In this document: positions 12,941-26,214 of the stretch, one piece after another
Numbering within the stretch: the stretch's first letter is position 1
Layout of the letters: every line of letters starts with the position of its first letter
Assembly (NCBI RefSeq): GCF_009914755.1
Contig: NC_060945.1
Source of the DNA: the human T2T-CHM13v2.0 reference genome, Homo sapiens
Reading direction: 5' to 3' (one strand)
Length of the DNA: 64,000 nt
The notes under the pieces: model-generated
What the model saw: only the letters and a program-made list of their open reading frames with translations
What the model was told of the DNA's origin: nothing
Database searches by the model: none
Translations under genes and position numbers: made by a program

Positions 12941-14649
12941 ATGTAATGTACATATATAAATGTACATATATATGTATCAGAGTAATAAATGCATACACAA
13001 ACACACACACACATCACTCAGAGCATTATGACTACAGGTCATTATGAGAACTACTACTAATTCAAGATCATAAATTCCTCATGAGATTCTTTTCTGCAAA
13101 TAACATCTGGTTTGGAACAACAACAAAATTACTGTCCCCTTCTATGTGAAGTTTATTGTTAATTATAAGTTTATCTCTTTGGGTTTCAAGCTACATATGG
13201 ACATAGGCAATTGGAGTGCACATCCTAGTTTTTCCCCTTTGTCTCAGACCACTTCTAGCTACCCACATGGAAGCTAATATTCTTGGTCATTCAGCAGATA
13301 TATTCAGACCAAATTTCAGCTTTGGCACTCCACTATCTCACAAGGTTCTGATTTTTACTTAATCTATGACTTTTATAATTTAATTTTAAGGAAAATCAGT
13401 GTTTAAGTTGTAAATACAATTGTATTTTATTTCAGTTGGGAGTGTTTACCTCGGAAGTATATCTAAAATATTGCTGATATTAGAATCTTTAATGACTATT
13501 TACAGAAAACTTTCAATGTATTGAGAAATAAAAAGTAAAGGATTAAAAATTACTTTTGGTAGATATAGAAGGGAAATAAACATGAAACCCAAAATATAAT
13601 TTAATATTGTCATATTTGTTATATTTGATCTATCAATGACTTCGCAGAAGAACACCCATACATAGTATTAAGAGAGAATATATGGTGAATGGATAAGATT
13701 ATGGCTATTTTATGAAATAAAATATTTACCAAAACATGTTATAGTCATATATAGTAAAGGAGAGATCTCAAAATAACACTTTCTTTTTCTTATGTTTTGT
13801 ATAGAATGTGCTTATGTATAAAACATGCATATACATTTGCATGTACTTTAAGAAGTCATGTTTTTATGCATTCTTTTTCATTTAGTTACATGAGTGGAAT
13901 AAAAAATATTTAATTATATATTATTAATTATGGTAAAGATTCATTTTTCTTTTCATCAAATATGCTCTAAAACTAAATTTGTAATGGTATCAAAATAAAA
14001 GTAGAAAAAAGTGTTTCTTCTCCCTTCTTCATTGTTCTTTGATTTTAAATGTTTTTCTTTAAGATTGAGTTTATATTTCCCTATAAGCATACTGCAACAA
14101 GAGATGAAGCAGCAATATGATCATACTATTGATCAAATCTTTTGATCAAATCTATTGTGTTTCTGTTTTTCCTTTTTTGCAAAGTTCTTACTCTCCCATG
14201 ACTTCATGTAAATTGATTTAAGTATATTGCCATACAAGATAGTTCAAATGGAGATAAATATTGCAGTGTTTCTCTTGACATACCTAATGCCTTTTTTTAA
14301 GGACTGCTTCAAGGTGTACAAATAATGCTATCTATATAAATGTTAAACTATACCTAATTCTACTTTTAAATATAGTGTAATGATTTTGCAATAAGATATC
14401 AAGTAGACAGTTTTAAAAATGTTAACTGCACATAATTTCTAAAATAATTGTAACACGTAGAGTTAACCATCACTGAAATAACTGTTGGATCTAAGCCTAC
14501 TTGTTTTATATTAGTACCAAACAATAAAGAAATGCCAAGATTATTATTGGTTTTAATATAAAAATGTGTAGCAAGTATTAATTTTTCATTATTTTAGTGG
14601 TGCTTTCTTAGAAATGCTTGCTCCCATTGTATACGAGGACCATATCTTG

Positions 14650-14963
14650 GTGGAGCGCAGCGGCTTTTGCCTGTAATCCCAACACTTTCTCTGAAGATGA
14701 GAGCAGAGGATTGCTTGAGCCCAGAAGTTCAAGACCAGCCTGGGCAAGAGAGGAAAACCCCCATCTCAAAAAAAAAAAAAAAAAAAAAAAAATTAAAACA
14801 TTGGCTGGCCACAAAGGTATGTGGCTGTAGTCCCACCTACTCAGGAGGCTGAGGTGGGAGAATCCCTTGAGCTCAGGAGTTTCAGAATGCAGTACACTGT
14901 GATTACATCACTGCACTTAAACCTGGATAGGAGAGGAAGACCCTGTCTTTCTCTCAAAAAAAT
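14650..14963 (+). mobile_element. AluJo with expanded middle A-tract
   Basis: GGATTGCTTGAGCCCAGAAGTTCAAGACCAGCC; ~25-A linker; right arm ends GACCCTGTCT. Confidence 0.88.
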
Positions 14964-15464
14964 TATATTTTGGTATAAAGACAGATTATTTTAGATCAAA
15001 ATCTATTGAAAAATTGATTTTGCATAATTTTATTGTTTGCTGGATGTACTGTTGTTTTCCCACAAATCATTAATGTGGAAAAAAATAAATATGCATTTTT
15101 TTTCTAACTGAACCTAATGTATATAGTAAGCAGCTCTCTCTCCTTGTAGAAGTCTGAATGTTATTTAGTACATGTTTCTCAATCTACTCAATAATTTGTA
15201 TTACTCTCACCCTGCTCTCTCTGGATTTGCATTTAAAATCTAGTTTATGTGATTGGTTACATGGCATCAATGCATGCAATTAATTTTAGTCTTATTCTTG
15301 ATGTGGCTCAATTTATGTTTGCCATTTTAATATTTTTTCATTATATTTAATGTCTTTTTATGCCTTTGTTTTCCTTTACTATCTTCTTTTTCATTAAATA
15401 TTTTATATAGTAACATTTAGTATCATTTCTAGAATAACATTTGAGTATCATTTACATTTTTAAT

Positions 15465-15715
15465 TTTTTAATTTTAAATTATCATAGAAACATAATAGTT
15501 GTATTTATTCATAGGGTACATGTGATGTTTTGATACAAGCATTCAATGTGTAATGATCAAATTAGAGTAATGAGGATTTCCATCACCTCATTAGACATTA
15601 AGGTTGATTCCATACCTTGGCTATTGTGTATAGTGCTACAATAAACATGGGAGTGCAGATATCTCTTCGAGGTTCTGCTTTTCTTCATTTTGGATATACG
15701 CAGAGGAGTGAGGTT
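15465..15715 (-). mobile_element. L1MA 3' end fragment (internally deleted)
   Basis: ACATAATAGTTGTAT...GGGTACATGTGATGTTTTGATACAAGCAT...CATCACCTCA; then ATAAACATGGGAGTGCAGATATCTCTTCGA. Confidence 0.75.
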
Positions 15716-17554
15716 GTTATTGTCAGTGTCTGTTTCCCTGCATTATGCAGCCACTAAGGTCTCTGGTCAGGTTTTTTAAAGATTATTTTCACTTTTATTA
15801 TAAATTGCCAGGTGTTGCCACTTATTTAGTAAAGCTTAGGGTTCAGCCAGTGATCAGATGTTGTGATTGAATCCTGTGAGCCAAAAAGGCACCAACCCTT
15901 TGCCAATACAAGTGTATTGGATGATAAGTTCTTTCAAGACTTAGACAATTTACAAGATTGTGTCATCATTTTTTCCATCTTTTACATTTACTAGATCTTG
16001 TGTTCAGTAAAGGATGAACTACTCACTAAGTTTCTTTGTTATGTATCCTGAGCTTGTGTGAAGCCTTTTACATACACACAGGTGTCCAACAAAGGATAGA
16101 ACTATATCATGGCTCTCTTGTCTTCTTAGTTGCCTAACATCTCCCTGTTAAATTTTTGGCAGGTCTGCTAAACTTTTGCTTTTCTCAACCAGTATTGAGA
16201 TCTTAACTTACCTGCAAAGTTAGCCTTCCATGATTATTTCCACGGGTATCACTAGTTTTGTTTACAGTATTTCTGAGCATGGGATTTTTCCATCCTCCGC
16301 CTTCCACTTAGACTACCCTACATGCAAGGCTGCCATCCCTATTTTCCTGCTCTACTTAAATATAAACCATGGATCAGAGAGTGGGTGGACATATAAGCAG
16401 CAAAAGGTGAAAATACCTCAGACTCCCAATGGTTTTACAGATGTTCAAGAGATAATCATAAGCAAATGCATTTTAATGTTGTGTATGCCTTAGGTCTTTT
16501 TCAGAAACATCAAATGATAGTTTTTGAGAATCTTATTTAGTTTAATTATAATTTTTTGGAAAAAAGATGCACATTGACCTCAATTTTGCCATACTATAAT
16601 TTTGTTGTATACATTTTTATTATCCTGTATTTTTTCCTTTACATTCTCTAGAAATATCAAATGTACCTTCATCATCAATAGTACCTATATTTCCATCATC
16701 TTCACAGCTCTTGGTGTCTAATATATCTAATATTTATTGATGTATTCTGAGAGTATAGAAAATAAATTACAATTTAGCTATGCAAATTAACCAGCTATTT
16801 CTGGCAAAATATTAAAAATAGTGTCTGAAATAAATCATCTTAGGCAACTCATATTTGTATCTAGAAAATTTATATCTAAATAACTTCAGGAAACAGGAGA
16901 CAGTTTGAAAATGAGAAGCACTGACCCAAAGCAATACATGTTGGTCATAAAATACCAGTGAGTGATTTTGTTAACAATTCTAGTAGCATAATTTTAAAAT
17001 GTACTTGAAAGATGATAATATACCTTTGTGCCATTATTCTTATACAATAAATGATGTAATGAACAACACCAACTACTATCATTGTAAGAGAAAATTCAGT
17101 TAAACAAATGCTTTCCAAAATGGCTTTTTGACTCAACTTAACCGTGATAAATTTGGGTTCTCTTAATGTTGTAAGAGTTTTGACACAAATCAGCATACTC
17201 AAACTGAGTAACCTGAGAATCATTAATAAAAGGGGATTAAGATAATAGCAGAGTACAGGGAAACTGCAAGGACAGTTTAGTAACTCAGCAGTAGGCCTAA
17301 AGGTTAAGACAGGGGTAAGTTACCTAAACTACATAAAGATATCTGCATGGTGAAAGCCTTCTGTCTGGAATTCTGAATTTTCATGGAGAGAGCCAGGAAC
17401 ACGAATACAGAAAAAAAGAAGAGAACTTATATAAAAATTCCAATTTTCTACTAAATAATGGTACATATTATGTATATATATATTTTGAGTAAAACATGTT
17501 AATACATGTAAACATATATCATTCAGGGGGAAAAGTGAAATGAATTTTAATTAA

Positions 17555-18685
17555 TAAATTTTATTTTCTTGAAGCGCTTTCAGGTTCACAGCAAAATTGA
17601 GTACAGAGGGTTCCCATATGCACCTTGTCCCCACAGATACACAACCTACATGACTATCAACATGCTATACCACCATAGTAAATTTATCACAATCAAGAAA
17701 TCAATGTTGGCACATTATTTTTACATACAGTTTATAGTTTGTATTAGGAGTCACTCTTAGTTTTGTACATTCTATTCATTTTGACAAATGTATATTAACA
17801 TGTTTCCATCATTGTTTCATCACACAGAACAGTTTCTCTTCCCTAAAAATCCTGTTCTCTGCCTATTTATCCCTCCCTTTACCCTAACCCATGGTAGTTT
17901 TTTAATGTCTTCATAGTTTCACCTTTTCTCGAATGCCTTATAGTTGGAGTCATATAGTATGTAGCCTTTTTAGATTGATTCCATTCACTTAATTAAATGC
18001 ATTAAAATTTTCTCCATGCCATTTGATATTTTGACAGCTCATTTCTTTTGGCACTGAATAATACTCCATTGCCTGGAGGTACCAGGATTTCTTTATCTAT
18101 TCACCTGCTGAAGGACATCCTGATTGCTTCCAAGTTTTGGCAATTGTGAATAAAGCTGCTATAAACATTTATATGCAGATTTTGTGTAGAGATAAGTTTT
18201 CAATTCATTTTTGTAAATACCAAGGAGCATGATTGGTGGATCATATGGTTAGAACACGTTTAGTTTTACAAGACACTTTCAAAATGTCTTCAAAGGTAGC
18301 CGTATCATTTTGTATACCCACCATCAATAATTGAGAGTTCTTGTTGCTTCACATCCCGATCAGCAATTAGTGTTTTCAGTGTTTTGGATTTTAGTCATTC
18401 TAATAGATGTGTAGTGGTATCTTGTTTGTTTGTTTTTCTTTAATTTGAAATTCCCTAATGCCATATTATGTTAAGCATAGTTTCATATGTTTACTTGTGA
18501 TCTGTATGTCTTGTTTGGTGAGGTGACTGTTCAGAGTGTTTGCTCATTTATTAATTAGTCTCGTCTTTTTTTATTGTTAAGAGGGTTTTTCTTTTGTATA
18601 TTTTGAATAGCAGTCCTTTAACAGATGTGTCTTTTTCAAATATTTTTTTTTCCCAGATTGTGGCTTGTCTTACTCTCTTGAGAAA
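17555..18685 (-). mobile_element. L1MC1-like 3' end
   Basis: AGGTTCACAGCAAAATTGAGTACAGAGGGTTCCCATAT motif, followed by typical L1M 3'UTR/ORF2-end sequence. Confidence 0.8.
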
Positions 18686-19841
18686 TGTTGTTTCTAAAAT
18701 TTCAAACATCTGCAGCTCTATTTTCTCAAAATAATAATCTATTCTAGTTATGAACATTATTTTTCATTCTATTCTCCAATAGCCAATGTCCAACTCATTA
18801 TTATTTTTACCTAGGACTAGTTCTTTAAATCAAGATCTGTAGAGAAAAGTATTTTGAAGTCAAAGAGAGCTCCTTTTTTTCTGTTTATTATGCTTGGGTT
18901 CTTAACAGAAATAAAAGAACAATATTCAACACAAATGCTCCCTGGTGATCTTTTGAAATAATTTTAGAAATTCCTTTAAAATAACACGTTAAAGAAAAAA
19001 AATCACATTTTAATACTCACTGAAGACTCTAAAATTCCTTTTTTGGCTTCAAAATTATATGTGTAAATGGCAAGAATAGTTTCTGAAAATGACAAATGGA
19101 TATGTTTTAGGGGTCATATATATATATATATATACACACTATGTTTGGAGGCATGAAAACATTTATTTGTAAGCAAATATATGCAAGAATAATTTTGTGA
19201 CGTTTAACTACCTTCGTGTTCAATAAACCACAGCAATTACTCCATCACAAGATTTAATAATTATAGTACAAGTTAAAGGTTCTGTATGGTTAATTAACCA
19301 CTAAATGAATAATAGCATTTTTTAAAAATTTCAAACCTTTCTGAGGTAACAGAATATAAACAGTAACCCGCACCCCCCGCAATTTTCCTAAAAATATTTT
19401 GTCTGAATTTGTACAAATAAACATAAAATGTAAACCTAGGTGAAGTTTTTCATTGTGAGCTATCTATTATATATTCTTGCCATTCTGCAGTCATCATAGT
19501 GTTAAATTCTAGGAAATATGAGTTGTTATTTATTTTCTAAAAATGCTTATTTATGATTCTTAATTACTTTTGTGTTTTATTATATAATAGCTTCCCATGG
19601 TTATGTTATCTGTACGTAGTGAAATGTGATCAAAAAAGTTTGATTACAATACAAATGTAAAATGTGATATAGATCTTGTTTAACTGAACATTTTAATGTG
19701 TTATTTGTTATAGAAATAAAAGTCAAAGCTAATGGGGATAGCATTATATAGACTTAGTAGGATGAGATAAACCAAATGGACTACTTAAGCTGTAGCCTAT
19801 ATCAATGTTGTACATTAAATAGTATATAACTTTTATGTGAC

Positions 19842-20250
19842 TGATATAGTTTGTATGTTCTTACCCTCCAAATGTTGAAATGGGTTCACCAATGTTGGAC
19901 GTGGGCCTAGTGGGTGGTTTTTGTGTCATGAGAGCAGATCCCTCATGAGTGGCTTGGTCTTACCATTGTAATTGGTCCCACCATTGTAATGAGTTCACAT
20001 GAGATCTGGTTGTTAAAAAGTCTGGAGACCTCCCTCTTCTCTCTCTTGCTTCCTCTCCCACCATGTATCATGCCTGCTCCCCTTCATATTGTGTCATGAG
20101 TAAAAGCTTCCTGAGGCCTCACCTGAAGCTGAAGACATGCTTGTGCCATGGTTATACAGCCTGCAGAATCATGAGCCAAATAAACCCGTTTGGCTATGAA
20201 TTTCCCAGCTTCATGTATTCCTTTATAGCAACACAAAATGGACTAATACA
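19842..20250 (+). mobile_element. MSTB solo LTR
   Basis: TGATATAGTTTG...CAGATCCCTCATGAGTGGCTTGG...CTTTATAGCAACACAAAATGGACTAATACA. Confidence 0.85.
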
Positions 20251-20657
20251 GCTACTACATGTGATGGTTGTTTATCAGTCTAAAATTCACTGACCTATTG
20301 ACAGCATCTGCAAACCTTGAGGTTTTTCTTCTCTCTCCCTTTCACCATTTTGTTTCCAAGAGACAACATTCTCTTGCTTAACCTTAATATTTACAGCCCA
20401 TACTCTTCCCTCACACTAGTCTCTTTACTCTTTATCTCTGTGAATCCTAATAGTCAAGTGTCTCATCAGTAATTCCATATACGATGACTCCCTAATTGAT
20501 CTCATTTTCTCTTGTTGCTTTATAAAGCATCTGTATGCTGATTTCATTGAAAGGTAATTCTCCATGAATATTTTCACCTTTAGTCATAGTCTGGGCTTTC
20601 TGAGAAAACAGCATTGACAAATGTGGCTTAAAGATGATTCAGTAGTAAACATGTTAT

Positions 20658-20844
20658 GTGTGGTAGGTGGAATAATACCAAAAATGTCAGTTTGCTATTC
20701 TTGGTAATTTGTAAATTTTTTGTATTACATAACAAAAGGAAAATTAAAATGAGATTGACATTACTAATCAGATGATCTCAAAATATAGAGATTATCCTGT
20801 ACTATTTGGGTGGGCTCAGTATAATCTTGAGGGTCTGTAAATGT
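20658..20844 (+). mobile_element. MLT1C/D LTR 5' part (host of the MSTA insertion; appears to resume ~23248-23276)
   Basis: TGTGGTAGGTGGAATAAT...GAGATTATCCTG...GGGTGGGCTCAGTATAATC. Confidence 0.7.
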
Positions 20845-23242
20845 TGAAATGGTTTGAATTTATGTCCCCACCCAAATCTCATGTTGAATTGTAATCCCCA
20901 GTGTTGAAGGAGGGGCCTGGTCTTAGGAAAATGGATCTTGGGGGAGAATTTCCCCTTTGCTATTCTCATGATAGTGAGTGAGTTCTCACAAGATCTCTTT
21001 CTTTAAAGTATGTAGCTACACCTCCTCCCACAACCTTCACTCTCTTCCTCCTACTTCAGCCATGTAGGATGTGCCTGCTTCCCCTTCACCTTTTACCATG
21101 ACTAAATCTTCTGAGGTCTCCTTAGCCATGCTTCCTGTACGGTCTGTGGAATTGTCACCCAATTGAACTTCTTTTTCTAAATATATACATGACCAAGCCT
21201 CAGGTAGTCCTTTATAGCAATGCAAGAATAAACTAATATAGAAAATTTGTACTGGGAAGTGAGGCATTGCTATAGCGATACCAGAAAATGTGGTAGTAGC
21301 TTTGGAACTAGGTAACAAGCAGTAGTTGGAACAGTTTGGAGGGCTCAGAAGAAGACAGGAGGATGAGCGAAAGTCTGGAACTTCCTAGAGACTTCTTAAA
21401 TTGTTGTGACCAAAATGTTGATAGTGCTATGGATGATGAATTCCAAGCTAACTTGGTCTCAGATGGAGATGAAGAACTTACTGGGAATTAGAGTAAAGAT
21501 CACTTTTGTTATATATTAGCAAAGAGACTGGTGACATAGTGCCCTGCTCTAGGGATCTGTGAACTTGAGAGAGATGGTTTAGGGTATCTGGCAGAATAAA
21601 TTTTTAAGCAGCAAAGCATTCAAAAAGTGTCTTGGCTTCTTCTAACAGCATATGCTCATATCCATGAGCAAAGAGATGATCTGAAACTGGAACTTATATT
21701 TAATAAATAAGCAGAGTCTAAAAGTTTGGCAAATTAACAGCATGACCATTTGCTAGAAAATAAAAACCTATATTCTGGGGAGGAATTCAAGCTTGCCTGA
21801 GAAATTTGCATAAGTAAAGAGGAGCCAAATGTTAATTACCAAGAAAATGGGGAAAATGCCTCAAAGGCATTTCAGAGACCTTCAGGGAAGCCTCTACTAT
21901 CACAGACCTGGAGGCCTAAGTGGGAAGAATCATTTTGTGGGCTGGGCCCAGAGACACACTGCCCTGTGCAACCTTAGGAAACTGCTCCTTATGTCCCAAC
22001 CACTCTAGCTACAGCCATGGATAAAAGTACCCCAGATAAATGTCAGGCTGCTGCTCCATTTGTTGCCAAACATAAACCTTGGTAGACTTTTACGTGGTGT
22101 TAAGCTTGAGGATACACAGAGGGCGAGAGTTGAGGCTTGGGAGACTCTGCCTAGATTTCAGAGGATGTGTGAATATGCCTAGACGTCCAGGCAGAAGTCT
22201 GGTACAGAGCCAGAGCTCTCACAGAAAACCCCTGCAAGGGCAGTGCAGAAAGAAAATGTGGGCTTGGAGCCCCTACACAGAGTCCCCACTGGGACACTGT
22301 GTGGAGTTGTGAAAAGAGAGCCACTGTCCTTCAGACCCTGGAATTATAGATGCACTGGCAGCTTGCACTATGTGCTTGGAAAAGCTACAGACACTCAACA
22401 TCAGCCCTTGAAAGCCACCATGGGATCTGAGTCCCACAGAGCCACAGGGGTACAGCTACCCAAGGCTTTGGGAGCCCACCCCTTGCATTAGTGTGGCCTG
22501 GATGTGATGACACATGGGGTCAAAGATTATTTTGGAGCTTTAGGATTTAATGACTGCCTTGCTGGGGGTTGGACTTTCGTGGGGCCTGTAGCCCCTTTGT
22601 TTTGGCTGATTTCTCCCTTTTGAAATGGGTGTATTTACCCAATGCTTTTACCCCCATTGTATCTTTGAAGTAACTAACTTGCTTTTTATTTTAGAGGCTC
22701 ATGGGTGGAAGGAACTTGCCTTGTCTTGGATGAGACTTTGGACTGTGAACTTTTAAATTAATGCTGAAATGAGTTAAGATGTGCGGGACTGTTGAGAAGG
22801 GATGATTACATTTTGTAACGTGAGAAGGACATGAGATTTGGGAGGGGTCAGTGGTGGAATGATATGATTTGGATTTGTGTCACCTCCCAAATTACACATT
22901 ACATCGTAAGCCCCAATGTTAGAGTTGGGGCCTGGTGGGAGGCAATTGGATCATGAAGGTGGATTTCCCCTTTGATGCTGTTCTTGTGATAGTAAGTAAG
23001 TTATCATGAGATCAGGTTGTTTAAAAGTGTGTAGGACCTCCTGCCCCTTTCTCTTCCTCCCGTAAGATGTACCTCCTTCCCCTTCACCTTCTGCCATGAT
23101 TGTAAATAAGTTTCCTGAGGTCTCCCCAGCCATGTTTCCTGTACAACTTGCAAAACTGTGTCAATTAAACTTCTTTTTTTAAAAAAATAAATTATCCAGC
23201 CTTGGGTAGTTATTTATAGCAATGTGTGAACAGACTAATATA
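20845..23242 (+). mobile_element. Complete MSTA MaLR element: 5'LTR 20845-21240, internal region 21241-22859, 3'LTR 22860-23242
   Basis: Two similar ~390-bp LTRs, both ending TTTATAGCAATG..ACTAATATA. Internal region starts GAAAATTTGTACTGGG and ends in a purine-rich tract. Candidate 5-bp TSD AATGT/ACTGT. Confidence 0.9.
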
Positions 23243-23276
23243 ACTGTGCAAAAGAAAGACATAGAAGTCAGTGTTA

Positions 23277-23918
23277 GGCAAGATGGCCAAATAGGAACAG
23301 CTCTTGTCTGCAGTTGCCAGTGAGACCAACACAAAAGGCTGGTGATTTCTGCATTTCCAACTGAGGTACCCAGTTCATCTCATTGGGACTCGTTACGTAG
23401 CGGGTGCAGTCTACGGTGGGCAAGCAGAAACAGGGTGGGGCTCTGCCTCACCCAAACGTGCAAGGAGCCGGGGACCTCCCTCCCCCAGCCAAGGGAAGCT
23501 GTGAGGGACCGTGCTATCCAGCGGAGATACTATATTTTTCCCATGGTTTTTGCAATCTGCAGACCAGGAGATTCCCTTGTGTTCCTACACCACCAGGGCC
23601 CTGGATTTCAAGCACAAAACTGGGCAGTTGTTTGGGCAGACACCAAGCTAGCTGCATGAGGTTTTCCCTTTTCATACTTCAGTGGTGCCTGGAACTCCAG
23701 CAAGAGAGAACCATTTACTCCTGTGGAAAGGGGGATGAAGCCAGGGAGCCAAGTGGTCTCACTCAGTGGGTCCCACTCCCACAGAGCCCAGCAAGCTAAG
23801 AACCACTGGCTGGACATTCTCGTTGCCAGCACAGCCGTCTGAAGTTGACCTGGGACGATCAAGCTTGGTGGGGGAAGGGGTGTCTGCCATTACTGAGGCT
23901 TGAGTAGGCAGTTTTCCC
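23277..23918 (+). mobile_element. L1PA7/8-type 5'UTR (internal promoter) without ORFs
   Basis: Starts GGCAAGATGGCCAAATAGGAACAGCTC; contains GGTGATTTCTGCATTTCCAACTGAGGTACC; ends GAGGCTTGAGTAGGCAGTTTTCCC. Confidence 0.9.
23279..23288 (+). promoter_or_regulatory. YY1-binding motif of the L1 5'UTR
   Basis: CAAGATGGCC intact at the L1 5' end. Function at this locus is untested. Confidence 0.6.
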
Positions 23919-25066
23919 ATACCATTTCTGCAAAAATTTGTGGGTTAAGAAGAATGTTGGGTAGAAACAGCCAAGGTCATGTGTGTGACTTCAACCTTTT
24001 ATTTTACTTTACTTTTCTCTGTCATGGTGGTTAATAGGTATAAAAATGAATAGTATTATTACTCTTAAGAATGAAATCAAGGCAATTTGATAAGAATATG
24101 GAAATGCATGACATTTTGTGACAGACATTTTGTCTATTAGCCTTTATTCTTTTTTTTAGTGAGTGTATTACATTATTTGCATATTTAGTGTAAAGATAAT
24201 AGGTTTTATCTACGGTGAAACTCTTTTTGATAATTTATCCATAATTGAATTCGGCTCTTAGTTGGTATCTTGTGTGTATGTAAGTTTGTGTAGTTTAGCA
24301 TCCTTGTATTATATTGCATGGGTTACTGCTTCAAAAAATTATGCGCCAAGGAGATAAATGTCAAGCTCAAAAAGTTCAAATTCTTAATTAAATCACCTGC
24401 CTTTTTTTCTCAGACACAGTGCATAGCAAATGGTCCAAATTTTAAGCAACACTGAGTTACTCTCTTCAATTTGACTAGCTTTGTTTTTTAGCTGCAAAAT
24501 CTTCTTAGACTTAACAATATTTAACAAAAATGTATTGTGTGATACATTTACTTTTGGAGTGTGTGATCACTGTCAGTTGTATGATATTTTGCAGTATTTT
24601 CAGAGAAGTGTTGTATATTAACAATGATTGTATCCTTAAGTTGAATGATTGAATAATTGTCTTTTAGAAGTGATTTGGAAATAGTAAAATGAATGTGAGT
24701 TGACAGATACCAGTGATTTTAACAAGCCATTCAGAAACTACTCCATGTGATTTACGTGAGCTTTAACCCCTCAGTTTTAATGTGAGCTCAACTGAATGGC
24801 CAAATATATTGCAATCATTTATATATTGCAATCCCCTGGGATTCTAGAGTTTAAAAAATATAGGATTGTTCTCTTAGTGCTAGACGGTTAAATCCTTTAG
24901 AGAATGTACAATAACTTTTTTAATAAGAGCAGTGGTGACTACATCAAACCTACTGTGGAGTAAGCTGTTCCTATAATCATTGAGTAAATTAAAATTTATG
25001 AATTTATGAGTTTTATCTAATACACGAAACAGATAATGAATACATTAAGTACATATTGTCTCTATA

Positions 25067-25420
25067 CAGTTGTCCCTTGATATCCATGGAAGATTGTTTC
25101 CAGGATTCCCCATGGATACCAAAATTCACAGATGCTCAAGTCCTTTATATAAAATGATATCATATTTGCATATAACCTATGCAGATCCTCTCATACACTT
25201 TAAATAATCTCTGGGCCACTTATAATACTTAATGAGATATAAATTCGATGTAAATAGTTGATAAATGGTATTATTTAGGGATTAAGGACAAGAACAAAAT
25301 GTCTATACATGTTCAGTACAGACGCAACCACCTATCTCTTTTTTTTCCCTGAACATTTTCTATCCCTGTGGGTTTTGTGGTTGAATCCATGGATTCATGG
25401 AACCTATGGAGGGCTAACTG
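25067..25420. mobile_element. MER2 (Tigger/TcMar non-autonomous DNA transposon)
   Basis: TA-CAGTTGTCCCT...AGGGCTAACTG terminal inverted repeats; internal GATACCAAAATTCACAGATGCTCAAGTCC. Confidence 0.88.
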
Positions 25421-25836
25421 CATTGGCTTCCCTGTATCCTTTGAGAAACTGCTTCTCCTTTGCTCCATATAATTAGGGTGAAGCCGCAAGTCCTATGATC
25501 CTGCCTTTCATGTCGTGAAGATGCATATAAGACCCACGTTGGCCTATCTGTGTCAATTCCATCTCCTTGGATACGTGATTGTGTGGCGATGGGGATTAGT
25601 AAGTGACTAAGCAAAGCCAGAAAGCTTTCACTGATTAAGAATGCTAAAGACGTTGTCTGAATGAAGCGACAAATATCAGTTTTAAAATTTAGAACAAACT
25701 GCCTAACAGGTTAGTATAGAACAAATCAGACCTTATGAAGAGAGAAGTGTAAGGGTATGAGAATATGTGTGCAGTTATGTGCGTGCATGTGCATATAGAC
25801 TTGTGTGAGTTTGGCTGAAGGGTAAATATTTGATGA

Positions 25837-26176
25837 TACTTTCTTTGTTCACACTGCTTGAACGAACTACCACAAGTTGGTAGCTTATAAATGACAGCAA
25901 CTTATTTCTCAAAGTTCTGAAATCTGGGAAGTTCAAGGTCAAGGTGCTGGTGAGTATTAATTCTTCAATGACCGAGATTTTGTTGTGTTTTTACATAATG
26001 AAAAGGGCACACAAGCTTGCTTGGGCCTCTTTTATTAGATCACTGATATCATCCATAAGGGATTCACCCTCATGATATAATCAACTCCCAAAGCTCCCAC
26101 CTTTTAAAACTATCACACTGGGAATTAGGTTTCAAGGTAGGAATTTTGGGGTGATGCAAACATTCAGACCATAGTA
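25837..26176 (-). mobile_element. MLT1A-type solo LTR
   Basis: GGGAAGTTCAAGGTCAAGGTGCTGG ... AAACATTCAGACCATAGTA. Confidence 0.8.
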
Positions 26177-26214
26177 AGACTATTTGATTTTAATTCTGTT
26201 TTGGATTAATCCAT

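Noticed and set aside
22079-23862. Cluster of 77-131-aa ORFs
   Set aside because: They lie in the MSTA internal region and the GC-rich L1 5'UTR; chance ORFs.
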